Notes: generated by a model not told the origin, from the sequence alone. A DNA stretch of 64,000 bases from a virus (IMGVR_UViG_2974778606_000001:32001-96000), one strand, 5' to 3'; numbered from the stretch's first letter, positions 21,826-32,627 are shown. Numbers and translations are program-made.

Positions 21826-22021
21826 AATCGGAATTACAAAGAATCTAGGTAATTTCGAAAACGTAAGGGTCACCATTGGACTTGAGGACTATGTTCGAAA
21901 TGGTGAGACATTCGACCAGGCGTATGCCAGGGTGTTTGCTAAGGTAGAAGACAAGCTGGCCGACGAGATTGCCCGAGTCGTAAAGGAACTTACGGGTAAG
22001 GAGATTTCAGAGCTAGGATGA
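21803..22021 (+). CDS. Hypothetical protein
   Basis: GGAGG RBS, TTG start. Confidence 0.7.
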   Translation: MSQSVSAEIGITKNLGNFENVRVTIGLEDYVRNGETFDQAYARVFAKVEDKLADEIARVVKELTGKEISELG

Positions 22022-22383
22022 CCAGGAAGCAGAAGAGTCCAAGGGCGAAGGCATTCGAGCTTATTGGCGTCTACAAAAAGCTCTATCGTGAGAAGTACGG
22101 CAGACTCCCCCTGATGAATAGCAATGCTCTACAGTGGGGTTTCATGGCTGCTATTGATGACTTGGAGTACGGTAACGCAAGGAAAGCGCTCGAATACTTC
22201 TTCACTTGTGAGTCTCCTGGTCATGATGTTCAGGTGTTCCTGAACAAGTATGATAAGCTTCACGAAAACAGGCTCAGGGTAGAAGAGGACGCCCGGAAGC
22301 GAGTAGAACGTCTACGCAAGACAGCAGCTCTAGTAGCTGCACTAGACAAAAAGAATGAGGAGGCAGTAAGTGGCGAGCACTGA
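22018..22383 (+). CDS. Hypothetical replication-associated protein
   Basis: Overlaps both neighbours; directly upstream of helicase. Confidence 0.65.
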   Translation: MTRKQKSPRAKAFELIGVYKKLYREKYGRLPLMNSNALQWGFMAAIDDLEYGNARKALEYFFTCESPGHDVQVFLNKYDKLHENRLRVEEDARKRVERLRKTAALVAALDKKNEEAVSGEH

Positions 22384-23590
22384 GGCAAAGCTCATCAACT
22401 CCATTTGCCGTTCAAAGCAAGTGGGAACCCTGCTCGCTGATAATGTCGATGACCTCTTTGTAGTGTACAAGGACATCTGGATTGGACTGCGTAAGTATTA
22501 CATGCAGTTCAAGGCAATTCCAGATGTCTCTGTGCTTCAGGAGCGATATGCTCTACTGGAGGACATTGATGTTAAGGGCGAACCTGAGTTCTACCTAGAC
22601 GAACTCAAGGGGGAATATCTTCGAAGCCGTATGGTTAGCATCATGGGCAAGGCAGACGAATTTCTCGAAAGGGAAGCGCCTGCTAGGGTTCTGGCAAAGC
22701 TAACGGCTGAGCTTGGTAAGCTGAACAAGTTCACCAACAACGTACGAGACCTGAACCTGACAGATATCGAATCTGCCGAAAGGCACTTTGAGTCTGTTCG
22801 AGAGCGCGCGGCAGCAAATGGTTCACCTGGTATTCCTACAGGTATTAAGGCTATTGACGCTGCATATCCTACTGGTATGGCTCCTGGTCACCTAATCGTG
22901 GCTATCGGCTGGCCTGGTAAGGGTAAGACTTGGTTCACATCCTACCTTGCTTGCAAGGCTTGGGAGCGGGGATTCAAGCCAATGATTGTCTCTCTTGAGA
23001 TGAGTCCTGAGAACATGCGTGACCGAATCTATACTCTTATGGGTTCTGGTCTGTTCTCTGCAACGGACTTTGCTCGTGGTCAGGTCGACATTGACAACTT
23101 CCGTGCCTGGGGACAGAAGAAGCTGGTCAACAAGCCAGACTTTGTTATCGTCTCAAATGAGGGCGTTGGCGATGTGACTCCTAACACTGTTCAGGCTAAG
23201 ATTGAGCAGCATCGTCCAGACATTGTAATCTGTGACTATCATCAGCTATTCACGAACAACAACCGAAGCAACTCTCCTGTAGAGCGAGCAATGGGCGTCT
23301 CTCGTGAATTCAAGCAGCTTGCAATCACGAATAACATTCCTCTGATTGACATCACTGCCGCAACGGCTGACGACACGAACAGCACCAAGACTGCTCCGAT
23401 GCTGAACCAGGTTGCCTGGTCAAAGGCTATCGAGTATGATGCTGACATGGCCTTTGCAGTTCACCGTGACCCTGACAGTGGCCTCATGCAGGTCATTTGC
23501 AGGAAGAATCGTCATGGCTCAGACTTCGAGTTTGAGATTGACGCAGACCTCGACAAGGGTGTCTGGAAGGAATCCTACGGCGGTTTCTGA
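22370..23590 (+). CDS. dnaB: DnaB-like replicative helicase
   Basis: GWPGKGKT, SLEMS, DYHQL, IEYDAD, KNRHG motifs. Confidence 0.93.
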   Translation: MASTEAKLINSICRSKQVGTLLADNVDDLFVVYKDIWIGLRKYYMQFKAIPDVSVLQERYALLEDIDVKGEPEFYLDELKGEYLRSRMVSIMGKADEFLEREAPARVLAKLTAELGKLNKFTNNVRDLNLTDIESAERHFESVRERAAANGSPGIPTGIKAIDAAYPTGMAPGHLIVAIGWPGKGKTWFTSYLACKAWERGFKPMIVSLEMSPENMRDRIYTLMGSGLFSATDFARGQVDIDNFRAWGQKKLVNKPDFVIVSNEGVGDVTPNTVQAKIEQHRPDIVICDYHQLFTNNNRSNSPVERAMGVSREFKQLAITNNIPLIDITAATADDTNSTKTAPMLNQVAWSKAIEYDADMAFAVHRDPDSGLMQVICRKNRHGSDFEFEIDADLDKGVWKESYGGF

Positions 23591-23886
23591 TGCACAGCAA
23601 TGTCAAAAGGTTTCAGGTGGACGGTATCATCAATGATGATGCTGATTTTCCACGGCTGAGGACACACTACGAACATTTGCTGGTTAAAGAAATGCGCGGT
23701 ACTGGATATGTACCAGTCCTTGATTTGGGTCCATACTTCTCAACTGAATATAGGGAAGACAATAAATATAATTTCGTAGTAACCGCTTATGGGATATATG
23801 TTGGGAGGAGAAAGTCTTGGGAAATTCATGGGATAGTGAATGGTCAAATGGTCTTAATGACTACACAGCAGAACAAATCGAAGTAG
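23590..23886 (+). CDS. Hypothetical protein
   Basis: 98 aa coupled to helicase stop. Confidence 0.65.
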   Translation: MHSNVKRFQVDGIINDDADFPRLRTHYEHLLVKEMRGTGYVPVLDLGPYFSTEYREDNKYNFVVTAYGIYVGRRKSWEIHGIVNGQMVLMTTQQNKSK

Positions 23887-24881
23887 TCATTCAGGGCATT
23901 GGTGTAGAGGTGGAAGGCGAGACGGGAAACGACTTTTTGTGCTACTGCCCATTTCACGGTAACACGGATACCCCAAGCTTCTCCGTCTCAAAGCGTAATG
24001 GTACGTATATCTGCTTCAATGCTGCCTGCGCAGAACAGGGTAATCTGACTGGTCTGGTGCAGCGTATGAGAAAGTGCAATGTGATGGAGGCACTGCGCTT
24101 CATCACTAAGCACAAGGAAAGCAAGCACGTTACGCTTGCTGAGCGTCGGAAGAAGAGGGCTCTGAGTGCAGGAGATTTCACAATCTTTCCTGACGAGCCA
24201 TTCAACCGAATGTATGAAGATTTCTGGAAGTATCCAGAGGCTGTAAGGTACATGGTGGAGGACAGAGGATTCGAAGAGGAAACTCTCGAACACTTCCGAA
24301 TTGGTTATTCTGTAAAGAACGACATGGTAATTGTTCCCATGCATTCTCCTGATGGAAAGCACGTGGGTCTGATTGGTCGTTCAATTGAGGGTAAGCGATT
24401 CAAGAATTCACCAGGTCTTCCTGTTTCACGAACCATGTGGAATCTGAACAGGGCAAGGGCGGCCGGTGATGCAGTAGTAGTTACTGAAGCATCGTTCGAC
24501 AGTATGAGAGTCCATCAAGCTGGTTATCCCTGTACGGTAGCTTTGCTAGGTGGTCACCTCAGTACAATCCATATTGAGCTGTTCAACAGGTACTTCAACA
24601 CTATCATCATCATGACTGATTTTGATAATAAGGAAGACCACATTTCTCCAGTATGTAAGAAATGTCGTGGTAAGTGTACAGGTCACAATCCAGGACGAGA
24701 CCTTGGAAAGGCCATTGCAGAGGCGCTTCCTCGAAAGAGGATTAAGTGGGCCTCGTATGGCTACAAAGAGGTTTATCCTAATGCAGCAAAGGATGCTGGC
24801 GCTCTGGATGACAAGGAAATCAAAGCCTGTATTCAGGGTGCAGTCTCCAACTTTGAGTACCGCAGGTGGGGCTTGTACTAA
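23817..24881 (+). CDS. dnaG: DNA primase
   Basis: CPFH...TPSF...C zinc finger; TOPRIM E..FD and DFD motifs. Confidence 0.92.
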   Translation: MGNSWDSEWSNGLNDYTAEQIEVVIQGIGVEVEGETGNDFLCYCPFHGNTDTPSFSVSKRNGTYICFNAACAEQGNLTGLVQRMRKCNVMEALRFITKHKESKHVTLAERRKKRALSAGDFTIFPDEPFNRMYEDFWKYPEAVRYMVEDRGFEEETLEHFRIGYSVKNDMVIVPMHSPDGKHVGLIGRSIEGKRFKNSPGLPVSRTMWNLNRARAAGDAVVVTEASFDSMRVHQAGYPCTVALLGGHLSTIHIELFNRYFNTIIIMTDFDNKEDHISPVCKKCRGKCTGHNPGRDLGKAIAEALPRKRIKWASYGYKEVYPNAAKDAGALDDKEIKACIQGAVSNFEYRRWGLY

Positions 24882-24954
24882 AGCCTCTATGCTGCTACAA
24901 TAGACATTAGCAGGCTCTGAGTAGCCTCAAATTACACAGGAGATTATAAACTAA

Positions 24955-25725
24955 ATGGGAACTCTAAAAGGACTAGCTGCAATTCGTGCCTACACTGAGA
25001 AGCAGGCGCAGGCGGCAAAGGAACGTGAAGACCGTCTTAATGCACCAAAGGTTGAGTATCTGAACCTGAGCGATGGTCAGAGCGTCCGGGTACGTTTCCT
25101 TCAGGAAATGGACCCGGAATCAGAGAACTACGACAAGACTCGTGGAACCGGTACCCTTGCCGTTGAGCACGTAGTCTTCGTAAAGTCTCTACGAAGGATG
25201 TACCGAGCAACTTGCACCATTGAGGACGAAGGCCGTTGCTACGGCTGTGAGCGTGCTCGTGCTGGTGACAAGGAATTCGCACAGAAGCGCAACTACTACA
25301 TCAATGCACTTGTTGACTTCATGGACGGCGAAGCACCAAAGACCATGATTGTTTCCCGAGGAATGGGTTCAACATTCTTCGCTCAGCTATTCGAAGAGGC
25401 TGAGGAGGGCACTATCACGGAGTCCAATTACAAGATTACTCGTAAGGGTTCTGGTACGGACACCAAGTGGCTTCTAAAGGTTCTTCCAAAGGATGAGCCT
25501 CTGGATGACAGTGAGGCTGTCGTTCACGACATTGACGACGAGAAGAACGGTATCATCAGGAGCTTCCCTTACGAGGCAACCAATGAGAAGGCTTCTCAGG
25601 AGCAGTACTTCAATGGCGAGACCTACAATGACACAAAGAGTGAAGACTCTGAGTCAAGGGAAGTAAACTCAAAGGCAGCTTCAACGTCTGGTGGCGCAAG
25701 CTACGACATGAATCAGTCCTGGTAA
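24955..25725 (+). CDS. Single-stranded DNA-binding protein (gp32-like)
   Basis: VRFL, H..C..C..C zinc ligands, ITRKGSG.DT, acidic tail. Confidence 0.8.
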   Translation: MGTLKGLAAIRAYTEKQAQAAKEREDRLNAPKVEYLNLSDGQSVRVRFLQEMDPESENYDKTRGTGTLAVEHVVFVKSLRRMYRATCTIEDEGRCYGCERARAGDKEFAQKRNYYINALVDFMDGEAPKTMIVSRGMGSTFFAQLFEEAEEGTITESNYKITRKGSGTDTKWLLKVLPKDEPLDDSEAVVHDIDDEKNGIIRSFPYEATNEKASQEQYFNGETYNDTKSEDSESREVNSKAASTSGGASYDMNQSW

Positions 25726-25736
25726 CACAACTTGTG

Positions 25737-25770
25737 AGACGCCCCGCTTCGGCGGGGCTTCTTGCGTCTC
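25737..25770 (+). terminator. Hairpin/terminator after SSB
   Basis: GCCCCGC-TTCG-GCGGGGC followed by TTCTT. Confidence 0.7.
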
Positions 25771-25818
25771 TGACCTTGGTCTGCTAGGATGGACCTACAA
25801 CAACAAGGAAGGTAATCA

Positions 25819-28800
25819 ATGAAGCAGCCTGTTGAACTTCACCTTCACGATGATTATTCATCCATGGACGGAACCAATACCGCAGCAGAGTATATGGTCC
25901 GAGCCAAGGAACTAGGGATGACGCATCTTGCCCAAACAAATCACGGTACCCTTGGTGGTCACCGCGCGTTTCAGCAAGCTGCACGTGAGGCTGGTATTGT
26001 TCCAATTCTGGGAGTAGAGGCTTACATTTCTCCCACTGACCGTTTTGACAAGCGCTCCAAGGCGTCTCGTTCAGACGGCACCAATGCGTATAACCACCTT
26101 ATCGTTCTGGCTCAGAACGAGACTGGTCTACAGACTCTCAACCGAATCAACCGTATTGCATGGACCGAAGGCTTTTACTCAAAGCCTCGTATCGATATGG
26201 AGGTTCTGGAGAACGACAATGAGGGTCTGATTGTTCTGTCAGGTTGTCTGAATGGACTTATCTGTAAGGCAATTGAGCGAGGCGAGCTTGAAGAGGCTAT
26301 GGCTATTGCCGACCGATTCAAGGGAATCCTTGGCGACCGATTCTTCATTGAGGTTCAAGGTCACAATCCTGTCGAGATGAATGAGGCACTGTTCCACATT
26401 GCTGACACCAAGGGCATCAAGCCTGTTGTCACAAGTGACTGCCACTACGCTCGTAAGGAAGACCTGTGGATTCAGGAAGCAATGCTTATCCTGAGCACGA
26501 ATCCTAAGAAGAACAAGGACGCTGAGCTTTCCAAGTCACAGAAGATGGATATGCTTGAGCGGTTCAACTATCTGTACCCTGACCGCAAGATGACCTTTGA
26601 GCAGATTGAGATTTACCTCCACTCTGCTGAGGAGCACCGTGCGGCATTCAAGGCACAGGGATTTGACCGTGAGGACATTATCGACAACACGCACGTAGTT
26701 GCGAGCATGATTGGCGATTATCCATTTCATCAGGGGCTAGACCTTCTGCCTAGGCCGAAGGAAGGCACTCCTGATGAGCTTCTGGAGAAGAAGGCCCGGC
26801 AGGGATTGAAGGACCGTGGCTTTGGTGATAACAAGCAGTACATTGAGCGTCTTGAAGAAGAACTCGAAATCATCAAGTCAAAGGACTTCTCTACCTACTT
26901 CCTCATCGTTGAGGACATGATTTCTTGGGCGAAGTCTCAGGGAATTCTGGTCGGTCCTGGTCGTGGTTCTGGTGCTGGCTCCCTTGTGAACTATGCACTT
27001 GGAATTACTGAGGTTGACCCAATTGTGGACAACCTGCTGTTTTTCCGATTCATCAACCCTGAGCGTAATGACTTCCCTGATATCGACACTGACTTTGAGG
27101 ACGTTCGTCGTGGTGAGGTCAAGGAATACCTTCGAAAGAAGTATGGTCACGTTGCATCCATTGCGACGTTTGGTTACTTCAAGGACAAGGTGGTTGTAAA
27201 GGACGCTGCACGTGTCTTCTGCATCCCTATTGGTGAAGTGAACCGTGCCCTGAAGTATGTGGAGACGTGGGAGCAATTCCTTACCTCTCCTACTACTGAG
27301 GACTTCCGTAAGAAGTATCCTGAAGTCATTAAGCTGGGAGAGCGTCTTCGTGGTCGTATTCGTCAGACGGGTATGCACGCGGCCGGTGTGGTAATTGCGA
27401 ATCAGCCTCTGGCCAACTTCGCACCCATCGAAACCGCAAAGGACCCTAACGACCCTGACGGCCCTCGCATCCCTCTTGTGGCCATGGACATGGACCAGGC
27501 AGCAGACCTCGGTCTGGTAAAGCTTGATGCTCTTGGCCTTAAGACTCTCAGCATCATCAGGGACTCTCTTGAGATGATTAAGGAGCGTCACGGAAAGGAA
27601 ATCGACCTAAACAGCATTCCCCTGACTGACAGCCGTGTGTACGCAATGCTTTCAGAGGGATACACCAAGGGTGTGTTCCAGTGTGAAGCCCAGGCATACA
27701 CAAAGCTGATTATCAAGATGGGCGGTATCAAGAACTTCGATGAGCTGGCAGCGTCTAACGCTCTTGTTCGTCCTGGTGCAATGAATACCATTGGTGCTGA
27801 GTACATCGCTCGAAAGAACGGAAAGTCTCCTGTAAAGTATCACCACTTTGAGATGAAGCCATTCACCTCAGAGACTTATGGTGAGATTCTGTATCAGGAG
27901 CAGGTCATGCTTACCATGACGGAATTGGCCGGTATGAAGATGGCCACTGCCGACAAGGTACGTAAGATTATTGGTAAGAAGAAGGATGCACGAGAGTTCG
28001 ACCAGTACAGGGAAGAATTCCTTGAAGGCGCGAGTAAGAAGGTTCATCCTGCCGTTGCTGAAAAGCTTTGGCACGACTTCGAGGCTCACGCTGGATACTC
28101 CTTCAACAAGTCTCACGCCATTGCATATAGTCGCCTCAGCTACTACACTGCATGGCTGAAGAAGCACTATCCTCTGGAGTTCATGTGTGCTACGCTCAGG
28201 AATGAAGGAGACAAGGATGCTCTGACTGAGTACCTGATTGAGGCAAAGCGTATGGGAATCAAGATGTTGCTCCCTCACGTCAATGTCTCAGGAGTCAACT
28301 TTGAAATTGAAGGTGACGCCATTCGATTCGGTCTGACGAACATCAAGTTCATTCGTGAGCCTGGTGCTCTGAGGCTGATGGAATATCGCCCATTCACCTC
28401 GTATGCTGACCTGTATGCCAAGGTTACAGAAAAGGGGAATGGACTCAGCACAAGGACGCTTACAGGTCTTAATGCAATTGGAGCAGCCGCATTCGAGGAC
28501 CATCCTCGTACAGGTGAGGAGCGAGAGAACTTCTATGAGTATCTTCGCATCCCTGCCTTCGAGCTTAAGTTCATTCCTCCAAAGGTCAGGGCTCAGTTCA
28601 CTGACCTTGAAGACTACAAGGACAAGGGCGCTTTCTGTGTCCTTGCCATGGTCAGGGGAATTAAGCGCGGCGAAGGGTGGGCTCGTGTAGACCTGATTGA
28701 CGAGACTGGAACTGCTGGAGTGTTCACCAATCCAGAGACTCCTATCGAGTCTGGTCAGATGTATGCTATCCTGGTATCTGACAACAGGGTTGCGAGGTTT

Positions 28801-29103
28801 GCAACCATGGACGAGCTGATTAACAGGATTCCTAACGGCTTCGTTGACTATCTGTATGCGAGTGAGTACGGTGATATTCCTGACGGAATGTACAAGGTGC
28901 TTGCTTTCCAGCGGTACATCACGAAGGCGAAGAAGACCATGGCATACACGACCATCTGCGATTCAGAAAAGAATCTGTATCCTGTTATGGCCTTCCCTAC
29001 CATGTTCCACAAGGCATATGGTAAGTGCAAGGATGGCGCAGTGATTGATGCTATTCTGAAGCAGACGCAGGAAGGTAGCTGGTTCTACGACAACATCCTG
29101 TAA
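25819..29103 (+). CDS. dnaE: DNA polymerase III alpha subunit
   Basis: PHP domain, GPGRGSGAGSL, PDIDTD, GMHAAG, YSFNKSH. Confidence 0.97.
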   Translation: MKQPVELHLHDDYSSMDGTNTAAEYMVRAKELGMTHLAQTNHGTLGGHRAFQQAAREAGIVPILGVEAYISPTDRFDKRSKASRSDGTNAYNHLIVLAQNETGLQTLNRINRIAWTEGFYSKPRIDMEVLENDNEGLIVLSGCLNGLICKAIERGELEEAMAIADRFKGILGDRFFIEVQGHNPVEMNEALFHIADTKGIKPVVTSDCHYARKEDLWIQEAMLILSTNPKKNKDAELSKSQKMDMLERFNYLYPDRKMTFEQIEIYLHSAEEHRAAFKAQGFDREDIIDNTHVVASMIGDYPFHQGLDLLPRPKEGTPDELLEKKARQGLKDRGFGDNKQYIERLEEELEIIKSKDFSTYFLIVEDMISWAKSQGILVGPGRGSGAGSLVNYALGITEVDPIVDNLLFFRFINPERNDFPDIDTDFEDVRRGEVKEYLRKKYGHVASIATFGYFKDKVVVKDAARVFCIPIGEVNRALKYVETWEQFLTSPTTEDFRKKYPEVIKLGERLRGRIRQTGMHAAGVVIANQPLANFAPIETAKDPNDPDGPRIPLVAMDMDQAADLGLVKLDALGLKTLSIIRDSLEMIKERHGKEIDLNSIPLTDSRVYAMLSEGYTKGVFQCEAQAYTKLIIKMGGIKNFDELAASNALVRPGAMNTIGAEYIARKNGKSPVKYHHFEMKPFTSETYGEILYQEQVMLTMTELAGMKMATADKVRKIIGKKKDAREFDQYREEFLEGASKKVHPAVAEKLWHDFEAHAGYSFNKSHAIAYSRLSYYTAWLKKHYPLEFMCATLRNEGDKDALTEYLIEAKRMGIKMLLPHVNVSGVNFEIEGDAIRFGLTNIKFIREPGALRLMEYRPFTSYADLYAKVTEKGNGLSTRTLTGLNAIGAAAFEDHPRTGEERENFYEYLRIPAFELKFIPPKVRAQFTDLEDYKDKGAFCVLAMVRGIKRGEGWARVDLIDETGTAGVFTNPETPIESGQMYAILVSDNRVARFATMDELINRIPNGFVDYLYASEYGDIPDGMYKVLAFQRYITKAKKTMAYTTICDSEKNLYPVMAFPTMFHKAYGKCKDGAVIDAILKQTQEGSWFYDNIL

Positions 29104-29111
29104 GGAGTAAA

Positions 29112-29294
29112 ATGAATGAGGCAGTAACTCCAGAAGACATTCTGAGATTGCTGCTCATCGCTAACGGCCCTGTCACTATCTCTGCTGAGGAGATGGACAG
29201 GGCCCTACGTGATGACACGCATTATCAAGTGGCCGTAAGCTACGAGCCATTCAAAGAAGAGTTTACAATACACCTGACTACGGAGAATGAATGA
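29112..29294 (+). CDS. Hypothetical protein
   Basis: AGGAG RBS, 60 aa. Confidence 0.6.
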   Translation: MNEAVTPEDILRLLLIANGPVTISAEEMDRALRDDTHYQVAVSYEPFKEEFTIHLTTENE

Positions 29295-29641
29295 ACGACC
29301 TGTCAATGACTGATTACCAGATGGCTGCCGCTGAGACTGGCATCTATCCTGGTCATGGCGAAGCTACCACTGAGGCAATTGGATACACTGTTCTTGGCCT
29401 GGTGGGAGAAGCTGGTGAAATCGCCAATGGATTCAAGAAGTCAATCCGAGATGAGAATGGCGTAGTGACGGCTGAAAAGGCACAGGCACTGGCTGCTGAG
29501 CTGGGAGATGTGCTTTGGTATGTTGCCAATCTTGCCAATGAGCTTGGATACCCGCTTGAGCTAATCGCCAAGCAGAATCTCCAAAAGCTAAAGTCTCGAC
29601 AGGCACGAGGTGTGATTCAGGGTAGCGGAGACAACCGCTAA
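29291..29641 (+). CDS. mazG: MazG-like nucleotide pyrophosphohydrolase
   Basis: GLVGEAGE...ELGDVLWY...GSGDNR. Confidence 0.9.
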   Translation: MNDLSMTDYQMAAAETGIYPGHGEATTEAIGYTVLGLVGEAGEIANGFKKSIRDENGVVTAEKAQALAAELGDVLWYVANLANELGYPLELIAKQNLQKLKSRQARGVIQGSGDNR

Positions 29642-29657
29642 CTGATATACTGGGCCT

Positions 29658-29858
29658 ATGAGCACAGAAGCATATTTCCTCCAAGGGGTAGAAGACGAAC
29701 ATCTACTGGTGTTTCGTGGAAACTCTGCGGAGGAAATTTTGTTTATCATTAAGCGGTTGGCCGCCTGCCGCGATAAAGAAATAAAGGCAATGGCAAGAAA
29801 ACTTGAAGAAGAATGGAATCGAAGAGAATATGGAAATAGAAGAGGAGATTCTAGCTAA
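29658..29858 (+). CDS. Hypothetical protein, leaderless
   Basis: TGATATACT ends 6 nt before ATG. Confidence 0.6.
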   Translation: MSTEAYFLQGVEDEHLLVFRGNSAEEILFIIKRLAACRDKEIKAMARKLEEEWNRREYGNRRGDSS

Positions 29859-30834
29859 GCTAAGCCCAAAGGTTCTGTCACGAGCTAAGATGGCACACGA
29901 AGTGCAATTGATGAAGCAGCCCACTCCAAGTACAGGGCTGAATTCTGCATTGCGTGGTGGCATTGGATATGGTCGTCAGACTCTGATTTGGGGAAGCAAG
30001 TCAGCAGGAAAGTCAACATTCTGTCTAGGCACCCTAGGACTTGCACAGGCGGCCGGTAAGAGAGCGGCCTTCATTGATGCAGAACAGTCCTTTGACCCCT
30101 CCTGGGCAGAACGTCTAGGAGTAGACACAAGAAAGCTTATCTATACTGACGTAAAGACAATCGAAGACATGGTAAGTGCAGGAGTGGAGTTCATGAAGGC
30201 TGGCATTGATATTGTCACTGTTGACTCAATCTCAGCGCTACTGTCTTCAGCGTACTTTGAAAAGGATAAGAAGAACGACGAACTTAAGGAGCTTTCTGGC
30301 ACAAAGCAGATTGGTTCCGAGGCTCGTGAGCTAGCTAATGGCGTAAAGATGCTGAACTACGCCAACAAGAATACTGCTCTGATTCTCATTTCTCAGGTTC
30401 GTAACAAGATTACGACCTATGGAGCGATGCATCAGGCGACTGGTGGCCATGCGGTAGACTTCTTCAGTTCTACTGTCATCAAGCTATGGAGTTCTGCCAG
30501 AGATGATGACCAGATTAAGGGCGAAGTCTACAACGGAGACCTTGTTCTCAAGCAGCCAATCGGCCGAAAGGTCATCTGGAACATTGACAAGAACAAGCTC
30601 GGTCCACCTAACAGGTCTGGCGAATACGGTCTGTTCTACGATGGAGATTTCATTGGAATTGACCAGGTTGGTGAAGCGGTTGACCTAGGAGTAGCCCTTG
30701 GCATCGTGAACAAGTCAGGAAACTGGCTTACCTATGGTGACCTCAAGGTAAACGGCAAGGACAGCTTTACCATCCAGCTCAGACAGCAGCCAGAATTGGC
30801 AGAAAAGTTGGTCGGTGAGGTAGAGGCTTCATGA
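29830..30834 (+). CDS. recA: RecA-like recombinase
   Basis: GSKSAGKST, FIDAEQ, VDSISAL, SQVR, TGG, KNK. Confidence 0.93.
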   Translation: MEIEEEILAKLSPKVLSRAKMAHEVQLMKQPTPSTGLNSALRGGIGYGRQTLIWGSKSAGKSTFCLGTLGLAQAAGKRAAFIDAEQSFDPSWAERLGVDTRKLIYTDVKTIEDMVSAGVEFMKAGIDIVTVDSISALLSSAYFEKDKKNDELKELSGTKQIGSEARELANGVKMLNYANKNTALILISQVRNKITTYGAMHQATGGHAVDFFSSTVIKLWSSARDDDQIKGEVYNGDLVLKQPIGRKVIWNIDKNKLGPPNRSGEYGLFYDGDFIGIDQVGEAVDLGVALGIVNKSGNWLTYGDLKVNGKDSFTIQLRQQPELAEKLVGEVEAS

Positions 30835-31031
30835 TTAATCCATTCCATCAGCCAGCAGAGAAGCCCGTCGATGACATTCCACAGGGTATCGTCATCGACG
30901 GCACCTTTGTCTGTATGACATGTGGCGAGACTTGTGATGAGGCAGAATACTTCCCTGTGGAAAAGATTTTGGTATGGCTGTGTTCAGACGAACACAAGTC
31001 AGCTATCGAAGGGTTCAATCTAGGTGTCTGA
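30831..31031 (+). CDS. Small Zn-binding protein
   Basis: CMTC...C...H. Confidence 0.6.
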   Translation: MINPFHQPAEKPVDDIPQGIVIDGTFVCMTCGETCDEAEYFPVEKILVWLCSDEHKSAIEGFNLGV

Positions 31032-31344
31032 AGAAAACGAAATCAGAAGAGACGGTGGAAAGGCTCAAAAGAATTCGGGCCGTGGTCAATACCAGAAGGG
31101 CGACGCCAAGCTTGGCCCATTCTGTTATGACATCAAGGAGTATGCCAATTCTTTCAGTGTCAGCAAAACGTCCTGGGGCAAGGTTTGCACTGATGCCTTC
31201 AAGTCTGGTAGGATGATACCTGCACTTAAGCTGGTCCTAGGGGCCGGTAATCAGAAGGTGCGTCTCTGGGTTATTGGAGACGACATGTTCAAGGAAATGC
31301 TAGAAGCATGGGAGGAAAAGTATGGCGAAGCTAGTGAGGGTTGA
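31024..31344 (+). CDS. PD-(D/E)xK nuclease, Holliday junction resolvase-like
   Basis: NSGRG..KGD...DIK motif. Confidence 0.65.
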   Translation: MSEENEIRRDGGKAQKNSGRGQYQKGDAKLGPFCYDIKEYANSFSVSKTSWGKVCTDAFKSGRMIPALKLVLGAGNQKVRLWVIGDDMFKEMLEAWEEKYGEASEG

Positions 31345-31480
31345 GTTTATCCGCAGCCCGAAGGATGGCCAGTGGATGGTCTTTGAAAAGTTTGACGATG
31401 GCAATGAGCAGGGTGGCCGTCGCAGCTACGAAGACATGCAGAAGATTTTCGAAGACATGTTCAGGGACGAAGATGAGTGA
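31322..31480 (+). CDS. Hypothetical 52-aa protein (not in ORF track)
   Basis: GGAGG RBS; MAKLVRVEFIRSPKDGQW...DEDE*. Confidence 0.6.
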   Translation: MAKLVRVEFIRSPKDGQWMVFEKFDDGNEQGGRRSYEDMQKIFEDMFRDEDE

Positions 31481-31808
31481 GCCAACACCACTAGAAATCA
31501 TTTCAAAGATTGGTGAGTTCCAGGAGCTTCATGAGTTCATGGACGACCCGGAACTAGATGAGGCTCTTGCCATTCTTGTTCAGGTAATGGTTAATCCAAA
31601 TCTGAAGCCAGAAACCAATCAGCGACTCATTGTCCAGCTACAGGCATACGCAGCTAAGTTCAGCATGCTTGCAGCGATGTATACGACAATCAAGAAGGCT
31701 CCTGCTGGAAGCCCAAACAACTTCAAAAAGAATATCTACTACACAACAGCAGAGTCATTGGACAAGTTGGTACAGGCATTGAAGTACACTTTCAAACTGC
31801 CCTACTGA
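31473..31808 (+). CDS. Hypothetical protein
   Basis: Start MSEPTPL overlapping upstream small ORF. Confidence 0.65.
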   Translation: MSEPTPLEIISKIGEFQELHEFMDDPELDEALAILVQVMVNPNLKPETNQRLIVQLQAYAAKFSMLAAMYTTIKKAPAGSPNNFKKNIYYTTAESLDKLVQALKYTFKLPY

Positions 31809-31853
31809 TGTGATACAATAATAATCACTAAGAGAAACGGAAACCAACAAAAA

Positions 31854-32627
31854 ATGTCTGATGGACTACTGAAGATTGGTCGGCTGGGAAATAAGGCTGA
31901 CTTCGATATCAAGAAGCTTGTAGCAGTTCTTGAGGATGCGTATGTCAATTCCCGCCCCAAGGAAAGATATTCCAAGAAGGTCTCATTCAGTCCGTCCTCT
32001 CTTGGCTATGGTGCCGGTACCTGTCCTAGGTACTGGTATCTGGCTTTTGAGGGCGGAACGTTTGTCGATACCTTTGATGGACTAAGTGTCGCCAATATGG
32101 CAAACGGAACAGCAGCACACGCACGTATCGAAAAGCTATTCGGTGATGCTGGTGTGCTTGATGCAGCAGAAAAGGAAATCACCTATCAGAATCCCCCAAT
32201 CAGGGGATTCGTTGATGTTATCGTAGATTTCGAGGGACGAAAGATTGTTGGTGAATTCAAGACTACTCGCCAGGAATCATACATCCACCGAGAGGCGAAC
32301 GGCACGCCAATTGATTACCATAAGGTGCAGGTGCTCATTTACATGCGCGTGCTCGGTATCGATGATGGGTTCGTTCTCTACGAAAACAAGAACACTCAGG
32401 AACTCTTCCTCGTCCCTATCAAGATGGACGACGCAAACGCGGAATATACGGACTACATTTTCCAGTGGATGCGAGATGTTCGTGAGAATTGGGAAAACCA
32501 GACTCTGCCGACCCGACCATTTACAAAGAAGAATAAGGCGTGCAAGTCATGCGCGCTATTCAATGTGTGTTGGAACGAATCTCCAGATGGCGACATTACT
32601 ATAGCACCACTGGAGGTGAAGAAGTAA
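31854..32627 (+). CDS. Cas4-family / RecB-like exonuclease
   Basis: CPR, GTAAH, G.VD, EFKT, Q...Y, C-terminal CxxC...C. Confidence 0.88.
   Translation: MSDGLLKIGRLGNKADFDIKKLVAVLEDAYVNSRPKERYSKKVSFSPSSLGYGAGTCPRYWYLAFEGGTFVDTFDGLSVANMANGTAAHARIEKLFGDAGVLDAAEKEITYQNPPIRGFVDVIVDFEGRKIVGEFKTTRQESYIHREANGTPIDYHKVQVLIYMRVLGIDDGFVLYENKNTQELFLVPIKMDDANAEYTDYIFQWMRDVRENWENQTLPTRPFTKKNKACKSCALFNVCWNESPDGDITIAPLEVKK

Noticed and set aside
31854-32627. CRISPR-Cas system suggested by the Cas4-like gene
   Set aside because: No repeat-spacer array or other cas genes seen; solo Cas4-like nucleases are common in phage replication modules
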